Below, one piece after another: positions 42,572 through 52,980 of a stretch of 64,000 bases of DNA. Source of the stretch: an uncultured Spirochaetota bacterium (GTDB lineage: Bacteria; Spirochaetota; Spirochaetia; SZUA-6; Fen-1364); contig CAWGAA010000003.1 in NCBI GenBank assembly GCA_963820525.1, positions 768,001 through 832,000 on the forward strand, written 5' to 3'. Under the pieces are notes generated by a model. That model had not been told where the DNA came from, searched no databases, and saw only the letters and a program-made list of their open reading frames with translations. How positions within the stretch are numbered: the stretch's first letter is position 1; every line of letters begins with the position of its first letter. The position numbers and the translations under genes are program-made.

Positions 42572-44201
42572 TCAGAAGTGCACACGCACCGACGCAACGG
42601 CCTGGAAGTCCATCGCTGTAACCCCGCTTACGTTTCCGAAGTTTTCCGTGTAGATTCCGTAAAGATCCACCGCGCAGCGAAGGAATGAGAGCAGATCCAC
42701 GCCCGCGTTCAGGTGGATCACGTTCTTCTTTTCAGCCACTCCCGTCGGAGTCTGGAGGGCTACCGCCGCCGGCCCCTCGGCATACGGGGTGGCGAAGGTC
42801 TGCTCCCCCTTGAGCGCCAGCTTGTAGTCGAGGCTCACGGAGAAAGACCCCGGAACATTGTAGCCGGCCCAGGCTGAAAACACGATCGCGTCCGGGCCTT
42901 CGAAATACCCCAGGGGAGCCGAAACCCATTGGGTGGTTCCCGGCACATTGGATGCCTGCCACCTCCACCACTCAAAGCTGGTGAGGACGTTCTCCCGGAT
43001 GTACATCCAGGGGCTCACGTAGGCGATCTCCGTGCCGCCGTCCACGTAGCCTTCCCAAACGGGCACGCGGGTGCGCACCCCTCCCAGATATGCATCGGCG
43101 TTGGGGGTGTTGCTTGCCGCACCGCCGTAGCGGGCGATCTCGAAGGCGGATTGGATCTGGTTGTATGCGGCCTGGCCGTAGACCTCGATATACTGCCAGG
43201 GGTTGTAGCTCGCCTCCACGGCGAACATCTCCGAGGCGTTGTAGAAGTTGAAGAGGTCATGCAGGATCATGAAGGGATTGAAGTACGCAAGCTTTGGCTC
43301 GACGCCCCCGATAAGCACCCTCGATCAGGCCTATGGACAGCCTGTCGAAGAGGCAGAAATCGATCCTGTGAAGGATAAGGTTCCGGGGATAGGTTTGAAG
43401 GGGGTCCCCGGCCAGATCACCCGCTTTAATCGGGAATCGAAACGGGTCCAGGCTGGAATAGAGCATGACCCAGATCGCCGTGTACTTGAAGTCCCGCCAG
43501 TAGCCCGTTATCCGCATGAAATCGTAATAGTCGGGGGCATCGGAGAGGGTGAGGTCTCCGGTCTGTCCGCTGCCCCACGTGAAGCGATCCCGGCCGAACG
43601 TGAAGGACCAGTTATGCCCGCCCAGGGCCAGGAAGGCGCGGAAGGGAAGACTCACGTCGACAAAGGAAAGATCGAGGGGGACGTTCGCGTAATTCGCCGG
43701 AACGAGAGCCGGATTGACCGTATCGTGGAGCTCCCGAAGGGAAAGATCCATTGCGGCGTACACGTTCTCGCCGGCCCAGGCCTCGACGGGGATGGACACG
43801 AGGGGCTGCCTTTGGTTGTAGCCGTACTCCCATTCAGTGGTTGCCGGGTTTCCATTGGTGTGGAAATAGCCCTCCAGCGCGGCCGCCGGATGCCATGCAA
43901 AGCCGAGCCCCATTGGCTGGGCGGGGGAAAAGGTGGGAAGGGTCGCGCTTATCTCGTCATACGCGCGTTTCCCGGCCGGGGAGAGGGTCTGGGGGTCGAT
44001 CTTCTCCAGCATGAGCAGGATCTCGTCGACCGAGTACGGGCCGGCCGCGGACAGCGGTTCCTTTCCCTGCTCCAGGTAGATGCTCTTGAGAAGCTCGACG
44101 ACGGGAGAATCATAGGGAAGGACCGCCTGGTCGTTCTCGGCGAATGCGGCCGCCGGCGCCAGCACGGCGCACAGCGTCAACACAAGAGCGCGGGCTTTCA
44201 T
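42572..44201 (-). CDS. Putative outer-membrane protein, Wzi-like, frameshifted at ~43318-43320
   Basis: Two consecutive ORFs join at a short G run (ATCGAGGGTGCTT on the minus strand): signal peptide, GRDRFTWGSG, HRID, then NPF, LGYFEGPD. Confidence 0.65.
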
Positions 44202-44236
44202 CCCGGATCCCTCCTTTTGGAGGGATCATACCAGCC

Positions 44237-46087
44237 CTACAACGCCTTTTCCAGCGCCCGGTTGAGCCTCGCCACGAAGCCGGCGGGGTCCTTCAGCTCT
44301 CCGCCCTCGATCAACAGCGCCTCTTCCAGGAGCAGGCGGCTCGCGTCGGCGAGCGCCGCCTCGTCCTGAAGGGCCGCCATCTTGGCGATGATGGGATGCG
44401 AGGGGTTTATCTCGAGGATGGGCTTGAGCTCCGGCATCTCGGAGGTGCCCAGGCTCTTTAAGATCTGACGCAACTGCAGGCTGGGGTCACGGTCGTCGAG
44501 CACGATGCACGACGGGGAGCCGGTGAGGCGGGAGCTCGCCCTCACGTCCCTCACCTCGTCTCCCAGCGCCTTCTTGATCCGGGAGATCACCGGGGCCGCA
44601 TCCGCCGCCTTCTTCCTGTCCTCCTCGGTTTGGAGGTCCTCGGCGGTGCCGGTCCTGTTCACCTGCTTCAGCTCCGTCTCCATGAAGGTGCCGATGGCAG
44701 GCGCCACAAGCTCGTCGATCTCGTCGTCCATCAGCAGCACTTCCATCCCGCGGGCCGCATAGGACTCAAGGAGCGGCGAGCTTCGAAGGCTCGCCTCCCT
44801 GCCTCCCGTGATATAGTAGATGGCCTTCTGGTCCTTTTTCATCCGGTCACGGTACCCGGCCAGGCCGGTCCAGCCGTCCACGGCGGTGGTTTTGTAGCGC
44901 ACAAGCTCCAGGAGCTGGTCGCGATGCTCGAAATCCTGGAGCACTCCCTCCTTCAACGCCCGCCCGAACTCCGCCCAGAAAGCGGCGTATTCCTTGGGAT
45001 CCTTGGCCAGGTTCACCAGGTCCTGGAGGATCTTGCGCACGGAAGAGGAGCGGATGTTCGCCATGATCCGGTTCTTCTGGAGGATCTCGCGGCTGACGTT
45101 GAGGGGAAGATCCTCGGAGTCGATCACCCCGCGGACAAAGCGCAGGTACATGGGGAGGAGCTCCTTCTCGCTGTCCGTGATGAAGACCCGCTTGATGTAG
45201 AGCTTCACCCCAGGCTGCCAGTCGTAGCGGAAAAGGTCGAAGGGCGCCTTCCGGGGGATGTAGAAGAGGGTGGTATACGCAAGGGCCCCCTCCACGGAGT
45301 TGTGCATCCACAGAAGGGGATCTTCCGTGTCGTGGGTGAGGGTCTTGTAGAACTCCTTGTAGTCCTCCTCCTTGAGCTCCGACTTGGGCCGGGTCCAGAG
45401 CGCGAGGGCCGCGTTCACCTGCTCCACCTTGTCCACCGCGCCGCCATGCTGCCCCTCCTCCTGGTAATGGAGGTGGATGGGAAAGGCGATGTGGTTGGAG
45501 TACTTGCGGATGATCTCCAGTATCCGCCAGCGGTCCGCGAACTCTCCGCCCTGCTCGTTCAGGTGAAGGGTGACGGTGGTTCCGCAGCCGTCCCGCCTGG
45601 CTTCCGCGATCTCGTACTCTCCCTTGCCGTCGCTGGTCCAGCGCCACGCCTTCTCGTCACCGATCCGGCGGGAGATCACCTCCACGCTGTCCGCGACCAT
45701 GAAGGAGGAGTAGAACCCCACGCCGAACTGGCCGATAAGGTTGGTGCCCTTCTTGGCGTCCGCAGCCAGGGCCTGGAGGAACTCGCGGGTGCCCGAGCGG
45801 GCAATGGTTCCCAGGTTCTCCTCCAGCTCCTTGTCGTTCATCCCGATGCCGGAATCCGAGACGGTGAGGGTTTTCTTGTCCTTTGCGTCGAAGGAGATGT
45901 CGATGCGGGGCGTGAAGGGAATGCCCCTATACTCTTCCTGCGTCAGGGTGAGATAGCGCAGCCTGTCCAGGGCGTCCGACGCGTTGGAGACGAGCTCGCG
46001 CAGGAAGATCTCGGTATTCGAGTACAAGGAATGGACGATGAGGTTGAGCAGCTGGCTTACCTCGGCTTGGAACTGGTGCTTGGCCAT
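44237..46087 (-). CDS. htpG: Chaperone HtpG (Hsp90)
   Basis: FQAEV, FLRELVSNASDA, NLGTIARSGT, IGQFGVGFYS, DLPLNVSRE. Confidence 0.97.
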   Translation of the reverse strand: MAKHQFQAEVSQLLNLIVHSLYSNTEIFLRELVSNASDALDRLRYLTLTQEEYRGIPFTPRIDISFDAKDKKTLTVSDSGIGMNDKELEENLGTIARSGTREFLQALAADAKKGTNLIGQFGVGFYSSFMVADSVEVISRRIGDEKAWRWTSDGKGEYEIAEARRDGCGTTVTLHLNEQGGEFADRWRILEIIRKYSNHIAFPIHLHYQEEGQHGGAVDKVEQVNAALALWTRPKSELKEEDYKEFYKTLTHDTEDPLLWMHNSVEGALAYTTLFYIPRKAPFDLFRYDWQPGVKLYIKRVFITDSEKELLPMYLRFVRGVIDSEDLPLNVSREILQKNRIMANIRSSSVRKILQDLVNLAKDPKEYAAFWAEFGRALKEGVLQDFEHRDQLLELVRYKTTAVDGWTGLAGYRDRMKKDQKAIYYITGGREASLRSSPLLESYAARGMEVLLMDDEIDELVAPAIGTFMETELKQVNRTGTAEDLQTEEDRKKAADAAPVISRIKKALGDEVRDVRASSRLTGSPSCIVLDDRDPSLQLRQILKSLGTSEMPELKPILEINPSHPIIAKMAALQDEAALADASRLLLEEALLIEGGELKDPAGFVARLNRALEKAL

Positions 46088-46187
46088 GACTCGACTCCTT
46101 TGAAGACGGTGCTTCGGATGAACGAGCTCTCGCTGTTTTACGACAAATTACTCAAAAGATGGGCATCGAGTAAAGCGGAAGGCCCGC

Positions 46188-46216
46188 TTGACACTTTTTC
46201 ATAATCCTGCTACTTT
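46188..46216 (+). promoter_or_regulatory. sigma70-type promoter of the trp operon
   Basis: TTGACA (46188-46193), 17 bp spacer, TACTTT (46211-46216). Confidence 0.75.
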
Positions 46217-46227
46217 CCGCTCACGAT

Positions 46228-46287
46228 ATGAACAAGATGACCGGGCGCAAGATTACCGTTCTCATCAATTGGTGGTGGTGGACCTGA
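46228..46287 (+). CDS. trpL: trp leader peptide MNKMTGRKITVLINWWWWT
   Basis: 19-codon ORF with four tandem TGG codons (46270-46281), lying between the promoter and the terminators upstream of trpE. Confidence 0.9.
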   Translation: MNKMTGRKITVLINWWWWT

Positions 46288-46316
46288 GGTAGCCAGGACC
46301 ACCGTTTTCGCCAGGG

Positions 46317-46362
46317 AAACCGCGGGTTCTGGTTGCCGGACAACCAGGGCCTGCGGTTTTTC
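46317..46362 (+). terminator. Attenuator terminator 1
   Basis: AAACCGCGGGTTCTGGTTG / CAACCAGGGCCTGCGGTTT stem (with G-U pairs) followed by a T-rich tract. Confidence 0.85.
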
Positions 46363-46370
46363 TATTTATG

Positions 46371-46408
46371 AGCCGCAGAACCTGCAAAGAGGATCTGCGG
46401 CTTTTTTT
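46371..46408 (+). terminator. Second leader terminator
   Basis: AGCCGCAGA / TCTGCGGCT stem followed by a T run. Confidence 0.8.
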
Positions 46409-46523
46409 ATGCCGGCGGCGGTGCGCCGACGCCGGCAAGAGGGTGCCAAGAGGGCGTCGCCGGCCGGCTGCGGATCCGAGCGGGAAAGAGCGGGCCGCCT
46501 TCAATCATAAGGGAGGAAAGAGA

Positions 46524-47942
46524 ATGAGCGTTGCCGTTTCCGAAAAGACGGGGAGAGTGATCTACAGGAAAATCCCCGGAGAGAGGTTCACCCCCTTCGG
46601 CCTGGCAAAGAAGCTGCAAGCGAAGGTGCTATTGGAAAGCGCCTCTTTCCGCGGCGGCCGCGAGAGGTACTCCATCCTGATTCTCAAGGAAGCCTTCTCC
46701 ATCGTGGAGACGCGGGAAGGCATCTTCATGGAGAAGGGTGGGAAGAGACATCGCGTGAAGCACGGAGGCAAGGACCTCTTGAGCGTTCTCCTTTACTTTG
46801 CTGATCAGCATGCGGGAGAGGGCTCAGGCTTGCCGTTTCCCGTGGGAGGCGCCGGCTACCTCTCCTATGAGTATGCCGCGAAGTTCGACACGGTGCGCCT
46901 GTCCCGCAAGAGCGATCCCCTGGGGGTTCCCGAGGCGTACTTCATCTTCGGGCACGTGTACCTCGTCTTCGACCACTACACCGACACCCTCACCATCTTC
47001 GGGGTCAACTACCGCGAAGCGCACGTGGACTTGGAGAAGGAGATCCGCCAGACCGAGGAGCGGATCAATGACCTCGACTTCAACTACCTGGGCTCCCGCC
47101 CGGCGGACGCGCGGGCCACTCTTCTCACCCCTGCCTCCGAGCGGGAGGAGTACCTGGAGGGGGTGGCGAAGGTGAAGGATGAGATCGTGCGGGGCAACCT
47201 CCTTCAGGGGGTCCTTTCCCGGCGGCTTACCTTCCGCACCGAGGTCCCGGCCCTTGAAGCCTACAGGAACCTGCGCTCATTCAATCCTTCCCCCTATATG
47301 TTCTTCCTCGATTTCGGAGGCTTCCAGCTCTTCGGCTCCTCCCCCGAGGTCCACGTGAAGGTGAAGGACGGCAAGGCCGTCATGCGGCCCATCGCGGGAA
47401 CACGACCCCGGGGGGCCACCGAGGCCGAGGACGTCCGGCTGGAGAAGGAGCTGCTCTCCGACGAGAAGGAGAAGGCGGAGCACCTGATGCTGGTGGACCT
47501 GGCCAGAAACGACCTGGGAAGGATCTGCGTGCCGGGGACCGTCAGGGTGACGGAGAGCATGGTGATCGAGCGCTACTCCCACGTGATGCACATCGTGTCC
47601 CAGGTGGAAGGGGACCTGACGCCCGACAGGAGCGGGATCGATGCGATCCGGGCCACCTTCCCCGCCGGAACCGTGAGCGGCGCGCCGAAGATCAAGGCCA
47701 TGGAGATCATCGACGGGCTTGAGAAGGAGACGCGCGGCTTCTACGCGGGAATCGTCGGGTACCTGGAGCCGGGCGGGAACCTCGACACCTGCATCACGAT
47801 CAGGAGCGCGCTCAAGATGGGAGACCGGCTCGTTTTCCAGGCGGGCGCGGGGATCGTCTACGATTCCGTGCCGCAGAAGGAATACGAGGAAACGTCGGCC
47901 AAGCTCAGGGCGCTGGGCAAGGCCATTGGAGTGGAGGTGTAA
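46524..47942 (+). CDS. trpE: Anthranilate synthase component I
   Basis: LLES, NPSPYMF, GSSPE, PIAGTRPRG, EHLMLVDLARND, GTVSGAPK, QAGAGIV; GGGAGG RBS. Confidence 0.95.
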   Translation: MSVAVSEKTGRVIYRKIPGERFTPFGLAKKLQAKVLLESASFRGGRERYSILILKEAFSIVETREGIFMEKGGKRHRVKHGGKDLLSVLLYFADQHAGEGSGLPFPVGGAGYLSYEYAAKFDTVRLSRKSDPLGVPEAYFIFGHVYLVFDHYTDTLTIFGVNYREAHVDLEKEIRQTEERINDLDFNYLGSRPADARATLLTPASEREEYLEGVAKVKDEIVRGNLLQGVLSRRLTFRTEVPALEAYRNLRSFNPSPYMFFLDFGGFQLFGSSPEVHVKVKDGKAVMRPIAGTRPRGATEAEDVRLEKELLSDEKEKAEHLMLVDLARNDLGRICVPGTVRVTESMVIERYSHVMHIVSQVEGDLTPDRSGIDAIRATFPAGTVSGAPKIKAMEIIDGLEKETRGFYAGIVGYLEPGGNLDTCITIRSALKMGDRLVFQAGAGIVYDSVPQKEYEETSAKLRALGKAIGVEV

Positions 47943-47943
47943 A

Positions 47944-49563
47944 ATGACGCTGATCATCGACAACTACGATTCGTTCACGTACAACCTGTTCCAGATCCTG
48001 TGCGAGATCTCCGACGAGCCCGTGCGGGTGGTCAGAAACGACAGGATCACGATCAAGGAAATCTCCACCATGGCCCCCAAGCGGATCGTCGTTTCGCCGG
48101 GGCCCGGAACACCCGAGCAGGCGGGGATCACGGTTGAAGCCATCCGGACCTTCGCCGGCCAGATCCCCATCCTCGGTGTATGCCTTGGCCACCAATCTAT
48201 CGCGTACGCCTTCGGAGGCAAGATCACGGCGGCCAAGAGGATCGTGCACGGCAAAGTGGAGAAGATAACACTGGACGGCAAGGGGCTGTTCAGGAACCTC
48301 CCCTCCCCCTCCGCCTTCACCCGCTACCACTCCCTCGTTGTGGACCCCGAGAGCGTTCCCGAGGAGCTGGAGGTGAGCGCCACATCCAGCGATGGGGAGA
48401 TCATGGGCTTGAGGCACAAGCGCTTCCAGATCGAGGGCATCCAGTTCCACCCCGAGTCCATAGCCTCGGAGCACGGAAAGAGGATTCTCAAGAACTTCCT
48501 GGTCTATCGCAGGGAGCCCTTCGCTTCCACCGGGTCTCTGGGCAGGCTCATGGCGGGCAAGGACCTCGAGAACGCCGAGGTGGAGGGCTTCATGGAGGAG
48601 CTGACCGAGGGCAACCTCGACAAGTCCCAGATCGCCGCCTTCCTTTCCTGCCTCACCATGAAGGGCGTCACCCCGCAGGAGCTGGCGGCCATGGCGACGG
48701 TGCTCAGGAGAAAGATGAAGAGCGTGCCCTGCTCGAAGCTGGTTCTGGACACCTGCGGCACGGGAGGGGACGGGCTTTCCACCTTCAACATATCGTCGCT
48801 TGCCGCGCTGGTTGCCTCCGCGTGCGGCGCCTGGGTTGCAAAGCATGGAAACCGCGGAGCCAGCTCCCCCACGGGGAGCGCGGACTTTTACCGCTCCCTG
48901 GGCGTGGCCGTGGAGCTTCCCCCGCAAAAGGCGGCGCAGATGCTGAAGCGCACCGGGTTTACGTTCCTCTTCGCCCCCCTGTACCACGGAGCGATGAAGC
49001 ACGCGGCGGAGGCGCGCAAGGAGCTTCGCGTGAAGACCGTCATGAACCTGCTGGGCCCGCTCATCAACCCGGCCGAGTCCTCCTTCCAGCTCATCGGCGT
49101 GTTCGAGGACCGCTACTGCATGCCGATGGCGCAGGCGGCGCGGATGCTCGGGGCAACCAGGGTGATGGTGGTGCATGGGGCCGACGGCATGGACGAGATA
49201 TCGGTCACGGGCCCCACCCACATCGTGAAGATCGACGAGTCGGGCACGATCAGCGACACCCGATTCGATCCCGCGGAGATCGGGATCCCCGCCTACCGCC
49301 TGGAGGAGCTTCGCGGCGGAACGGCCCCGGAGAACGCCGAAACCGCCCGGCAGATCCTCTCCGGCGGCGGGTCCGAAGCCATCCGTGAGGCGGTTCTCCT
49401 GAACGCGGGGGCGGCCCTCCACGTGTGCGGGCTGGCGGGCGGGATCAAGGAAGGCTACCGCATGGCCAAGCAGTCCCTTGCCTCCGGCAAGGTCAAGGAG
49501 AAGCTGGAGCAGATCCTCAAGGAGGGCGCGCTCATCGCCTCCGCCGCGGAGAGCGTCGCCTGA
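47944..49563 (+). CDS. trpD: Fused anthranilate synthase component II / anthranilate phosphoribosyltransferase (TrpG-TrpD)
   Basis: IDNYDSFTYN, GVCLGHQ and QFHPES, then DTCGTGGDG, KHGNR, NLLGPL. Confidence 0.95.
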   Translation: MTLIIDNYDSFTYNLFQILCEISDEPVRVVRNDRITIKEISTMAPKRIVVSPGPGTPEQAGITVEAIRTFAGQIPILGVCLGHQSIAYAFGGKITAAKRIVHGKVEKITLDGKGLFRNLPSPSAFTRYHSLVVDPESVPEELEVSATSSDGEIMGLRHKRFQIEGIQFHPESIASEHGKRILKNFLVYRREPFASTGSLGRLMAGKDLENAEVEGFMEELTEGNLDKSQIAAFLSCLTMKGVTPQELAAMATVLRRKMKSVPCSKLVLDTCGTGGDGLSTFNISSLAALVASACGAWVAKHGNRGASSPTGSADFYRSLGVAVELPPQKAAQMLKRTGFTFLFAPLYHGAMKHAAEARKELRVKTVMNLLGPLINPAESSFQLIGVFEDRYCMPMAQAARMLGATRVMVVHGADGMDEISVTGPTHIVKIDESGTISDTRFDPAEIGIPAYRLEELRGGTAPENAETARQILSGGGSEAIREAVLLNAGAALHVCGLAGGIKEGYRMAKQSLASGKVKEKLEQILKEGALIASAAESVA

Positions 49564-50981
49564 TGAGCATCGTGCGGAAGATCGTCGAACGGCGGCGGGA
49601 GCGGATCCGGGCCGAGGGCCACGCTCTGGGCGCGAGCCTGCCCGATTCGCGGCGGGCTCCGCTCGCGCCTCTCGGCCGCGAGCCTTTCCTGATCTGCGAA
49701 ATCAAGCGCCGTTCGCCGTCCAGGGGCTGGATCGCACGGGACCTGAACGCGGCAGGCCAGGCCAGGGCTTACCGCGGCCGGGGAATCCTGAGCATCTCGG
49801 TGCTCACGGAGGAAGACCACTTCTCGGGCTCCCTGAAAGACCTCATCGACGTGAAGGCGGCGGCGCCCGACGCGGCGGTGCTTCGAAAGGATTTCCTCCT
49901 GGACGAGGAAGATCTGGACGTGTCCTACAGGGCTGGGGCGGACGCAGTGCTTCTGATCGCCTCGGTGCTGTCCGGCGCCGAGCTGGCCGCGCTCTGCCAA
50001 AAGGCGGGGAGCCTCGGGATGGAAGCCCTGGTCGAGGTGCACGACGAAAAGGACGTTGAAAAGGCGAGGCCCCTGCGTCCCGCCTTCACGGGCATCAACT
50101 GCCGCAACCTCGCCACGTTCTCCACGGACCTCATCCAGCCCCTGAAGATCCGCCGCCTGATAGACTGGCCCACGCGCCTGATCTTCGAGTCCGGGATCAA
50201 AAGCCGTGAGGATGCCCTCTTCGTATTAAGCGCAGGCTTTTCGGGGATGCTGGCCGGAGAATCCGTGACCCGGGACCAAGGGCTGGTGGAGGAGATACTC
50301 GGGGCTTTCGGACAAAAACCGGGAGACTTCTGGCGCAAGCTCTTTGATCGTCACCGGCCGGGAAAGCCTCTTGTGAAGATCTGCGGAATCGCCCGGGAAG
50401 AAGACGGCCGCCTGGCGGCGGAGCTGGGCGCCGATGTCCTGGGATTCGTGCTCGCTCCATCCCCTCGTCGGGCGGACCCCGCCCTCATCAAGAAGCTTTC
50501 AGACCTGCGGGTCCCCAAGGTGGCCGTGGTTGTGGGGCCGGGAGACGAGGGAACCGCGCTCGCGCGCCGCCTGCTTCAAGACGGGCTCATAGATGCCGTC
50601 CAGTTTCACGGGGAGGAAGCGCCGGAGGAATGCTTTGCCGCCGCATTTCCCTACTATAAAACAGTGCGCGTGGCGGCCCCGAAAGACGTTGAAGAGATTG
50701 GAAGGTACCGCTCGCCTCGGGTGCTCGTGGACGCCAGGAGCCCCCGGGCTGCCGGCGGCACGGGGCAGAGGATTCCGGCATACCTGGTCTCCCTCGTGAA
50801 GGAGCGCCACCCGCTGTGGCTGGCGGGGGGGATCGGTCCTGAAAACGTGCGTGACATCGTGCGCGGTTTCTCACCCGAGCTGATAGATGCATCCAGCGGG
50901 CTGGAAAGCTCTCCGGGGAAAAAGGACCCGGACAGATTGAGGAGGTTTTTCAAGGAGATGGCAAATGACGAAACGGATTGA
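49563..50981 (+). CDS. trpC: Fused indole-3-glycerol-phosphate synthase / phosphoribosylanthranilate isomerase (TrpC-TrpF)
   Basis: EIKRRSPSRG, LRKDF and GINCRNL, then VKICGI, QFHGEE, LAGG, DASSGLE. Confidence 0.93.
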   Translation: MSIVRKIVERRRERIRAEGHALGASLPDSRRAPLAPLGREPFLICEIKRRSPSRGWIARDLNAAGQARAYRGRGILSISVLTEEDHFSGSLKDLIDVKAAAPDAAVLRKDFLLDEEDLDVSYRAGADAVLLIASVLSGAELAALCQKAGSLGMEALVEVHDEKDVEKARPLRPAFTGINCRNLATFSTDLIQPLKIRRLIDWPTRLIFESGIKSREDALFVLSAGFSGMLAGESVTRDQGLVEEILGAFGQKPGDFWRKLFDRHRPGKPLVKICGIAREEDGRLAAELGADVLGFVLAPSPRRADPALIKKLSDLRVPKVAVVVGPGDEGTALARRLLQDGLIDAVQFHGEEAPEECFAAAFPYYKTVRVAAPKDVEEIGRYRSPRVLVDARSPRAAGGTGQRIPAYLVSLVKERHPLWLAGGIGPENVRDIVRGFSPELIDASSGLESSPGKKDPDRLRRFFKEMANDETD

Positions 50982-52191
50982 CGGGTTCTTTGGCGAGTTC
51001 GGCGGACGCTACGTGGCCGAGGTCCTGGCGAATCCCCTGGCCGAGCTTGAAAAGGCGTTCCATGAAGCCCAGGCGGACAAAGCTTTCCGCGCCGAGTTCG
51101 ATGAGCTGTGCCGCAGCTACACGGGCAGGCCCACGCCCTTCCTGGCCGCCGAAAACGCAAGCCGCAAGCTGGGCGGCGCCCGGATCTTCGTGAAGCTTGA
51201 AGGGCTTGCCAACACGGGCGCGCATAAGATCAACAACGTCATTGGGCAGTGCCTCCTGGCCAGGCGCATGGGCAAGAAGAGGATCATCGCGGAGACGGGC
51301 GCGGGCCAGCACGGTTTCGCCACCGCCGCGATGTGCGCCAAGATGGGATTCACGTGCCGCGTGTACATGGGAGAGGTGGACATCCGCCGCCAACGGCCAA
51401 ATGTGTTCTGGATGGAGCTGTTCGGCGCCGAGGTCGTGCCCGTTTCCGGGACCTCCGGCACACTGAGCGATGCCATCAATGAAGCAATGCGGGATTGGGC
51501 TGACAGCTTCCAGGACACCCACTACCTGTTGGGCTCCGTGCTGGGACCGTCTCCGTACCCGGACATGGTGCGGGAGTTCCAGTCCGTGATAGGCCGGGAG
51601 GTTGAAGAGCAGGTTGCACAGGAGGGGCTGGACGTTGAAGCCCTGGTGGCCTGTGTGGGCGGGGGCTCAAACGCCATGGGCTTCTTCTCTCCGTTCATTG
51701 ACCGCGCAAAGCCGCGCCTCATAGGCGTGGAGGCGGGTGGAAGGGGAAAGGGCGCGGGAGAGCATGCCACACGCATGGACGGCTCCGGCATCCCGGGTAT
51801 TGTCCACGGATACAAGTCACTGTTTTTAGAGGATGAGGACGGCCAGCTCCTGCCCACCCATTCGATCTCAGCCGGCCTGGACTACCCCGGTATTGGGCCG
51901 CAGCTTGCCCACCTGGGAAAAACCGGCAGGGTGGAGTTCACGCGCGCCTCCGACTCCGAGGCGCTTGAAGCCGTGAGGTTCTTTGCGGAAAACGAGGGCC
52001 TGGTGTTTGCCATGGAATCAGCCCACGCCGCGGCCGCCGCTATGCGCCTGGCCCCGTCCATGCCGAAGAACAAGGCGCTGGTGGTCAACATGTCGGGCCG
52101 CGGGGACAAGGATATCTTCATCATGGCCCGGGCACTGGACGGGGCCAACTGGCGAACCTTCCTGCAGGAGGAGGTTGCCCGCAATGCCTAA
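50965..52191 (+). CDS. trpB: Tryptophan synthase beta subunit
   Basis: GEFGGRYV, TGAHKINN, AETGAGQHG, CVGGGSNA, SAGLDYPG, SGRGDKD. Confidence 0.97.
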   Translation: MTKRIDGFFGEFGGRYVAEVLANPLAELEKAFHEAQADKAFRAEFDELCRSYTGRPTPFLAAENASRKLGGARIFVKLEGLANTGAHKINNVIGQCLLARRMGKKRIIAETGAGQHGFATAAMCAKMGFTCRVYMGEVDIRRQRPNVFWMELFGAEVVPVSGTSGTLSDAINEAMRDWADSFQDTHYLLGSVLGPSPYPDMVREFQSVIGREVEEQVAQEGLDVEALVACVGGGSNAMGFFSPFIDRAKPRLIGVEAGGRGKGAGEHATRMDGSGIPGIVHGYKSLFLEDEDGQLLPTHSISAGLDYPGIGPQLAHLGKTGRVEFTRASDSEALEAVRFFAENEGLVFAMESAHAAAAAMRLAPSMPKNKALVVNMSGRGDKDIFIMARALDGANWRTFLQEEVARNA

Positions 52192-52945
52192 CAGGATCAT
52201 GGCCCACATGGTGGCCTTCTACCCGGATGAGACGCAGTGCCTGGAGGTAGCGCGCGCCCTGGTGGACGGCGGGGCAACCTACCTGGAGCTTCAGTTCCCC
52301 TTCAGCGATCCAACGGCTGACGGCCCTGTTATCCAGCGCGCATGCTCACGAGCGCTCAAGCAGGGCTTCACCGTTCAAAGGGGTTTGCGCATCCTGGAGC
52401 GCATCCGCGCCTTCACCCAGGTGCCCGTGTTCGTAATGAGCTACGCAAACCTCGCCGTGCGGCGCGGCACACGGGAATACGCGCGCCGCTGCAAGGAAGC
52501 CGGCGCCTTCGGGCTCATCGTGCCGGACCTTCCTCCTGATTTGGATGAGGGCCTGTATGCCGCGGGCAAGGCTGAGGGCCTGCACGTGGTTCCCGTTGTC
52601 GTGCCCACCATTACGGACAAAAGGCTTGCCCTGGTGCGCGCAAAGAAGCCGGCTTTCATCTATGCGGCGCTGCGCAAGGGCATTACGGGGGCCGCCACCA
52701 GGATCGGGGAGGAGAACCTCTCGTTCCTCTCCCGGCTGGCGGATGGTGAAACAAAGATCATGGCCGGGTTCGGCATTTCAGAGCGAGGCCAGGTGGAGGC
52801 GCTGGCGGAACATGTGCACGCGGTGATTATCGGGTCGGCGTTTGTCGCTGCGGCCGGGGGGGATGAGGATGGCCGGCTTGCGGCCGGCTCGCCCGCACCT
52901 TCGCCCTACGTCGCGGTGCTCTCGAAAATCCGCGGGCTCGTGTAG
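52184..52945 (+). CDS. trpA: Tryptophan synthase alpha subunit
   Basis: ELQFPFSDPTADGPVIQ, VPDLP, GITG, GFGI, IGSA. Confidence 0.95.
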   Translation: MPNRIMAHMVAFYPDETQCLEVARALVDGGATYLELQFPFSDPTADGPVIQRACSRALKQGFTVQRGLRILERIRAFTQVPVFVMSYANLAVRRGTREYARRCKEAGAFGLIVPDLPPDLDEGLYAAGKAEGLHVVPVVVPTITDKRLALVRAKKPAFIYAALRKGITGAATRIGEENLSFLSRLADGETKIMAGFGISERGQVEALAEHVHAVIIGSAFVAAAGGDEDGRLAAGSPAPSPYVAVLSKIRGLV

Positions 52946-52980
52946 AATCAAAGCAGCGGCGGCGGTTGCACGAGGGTTCT

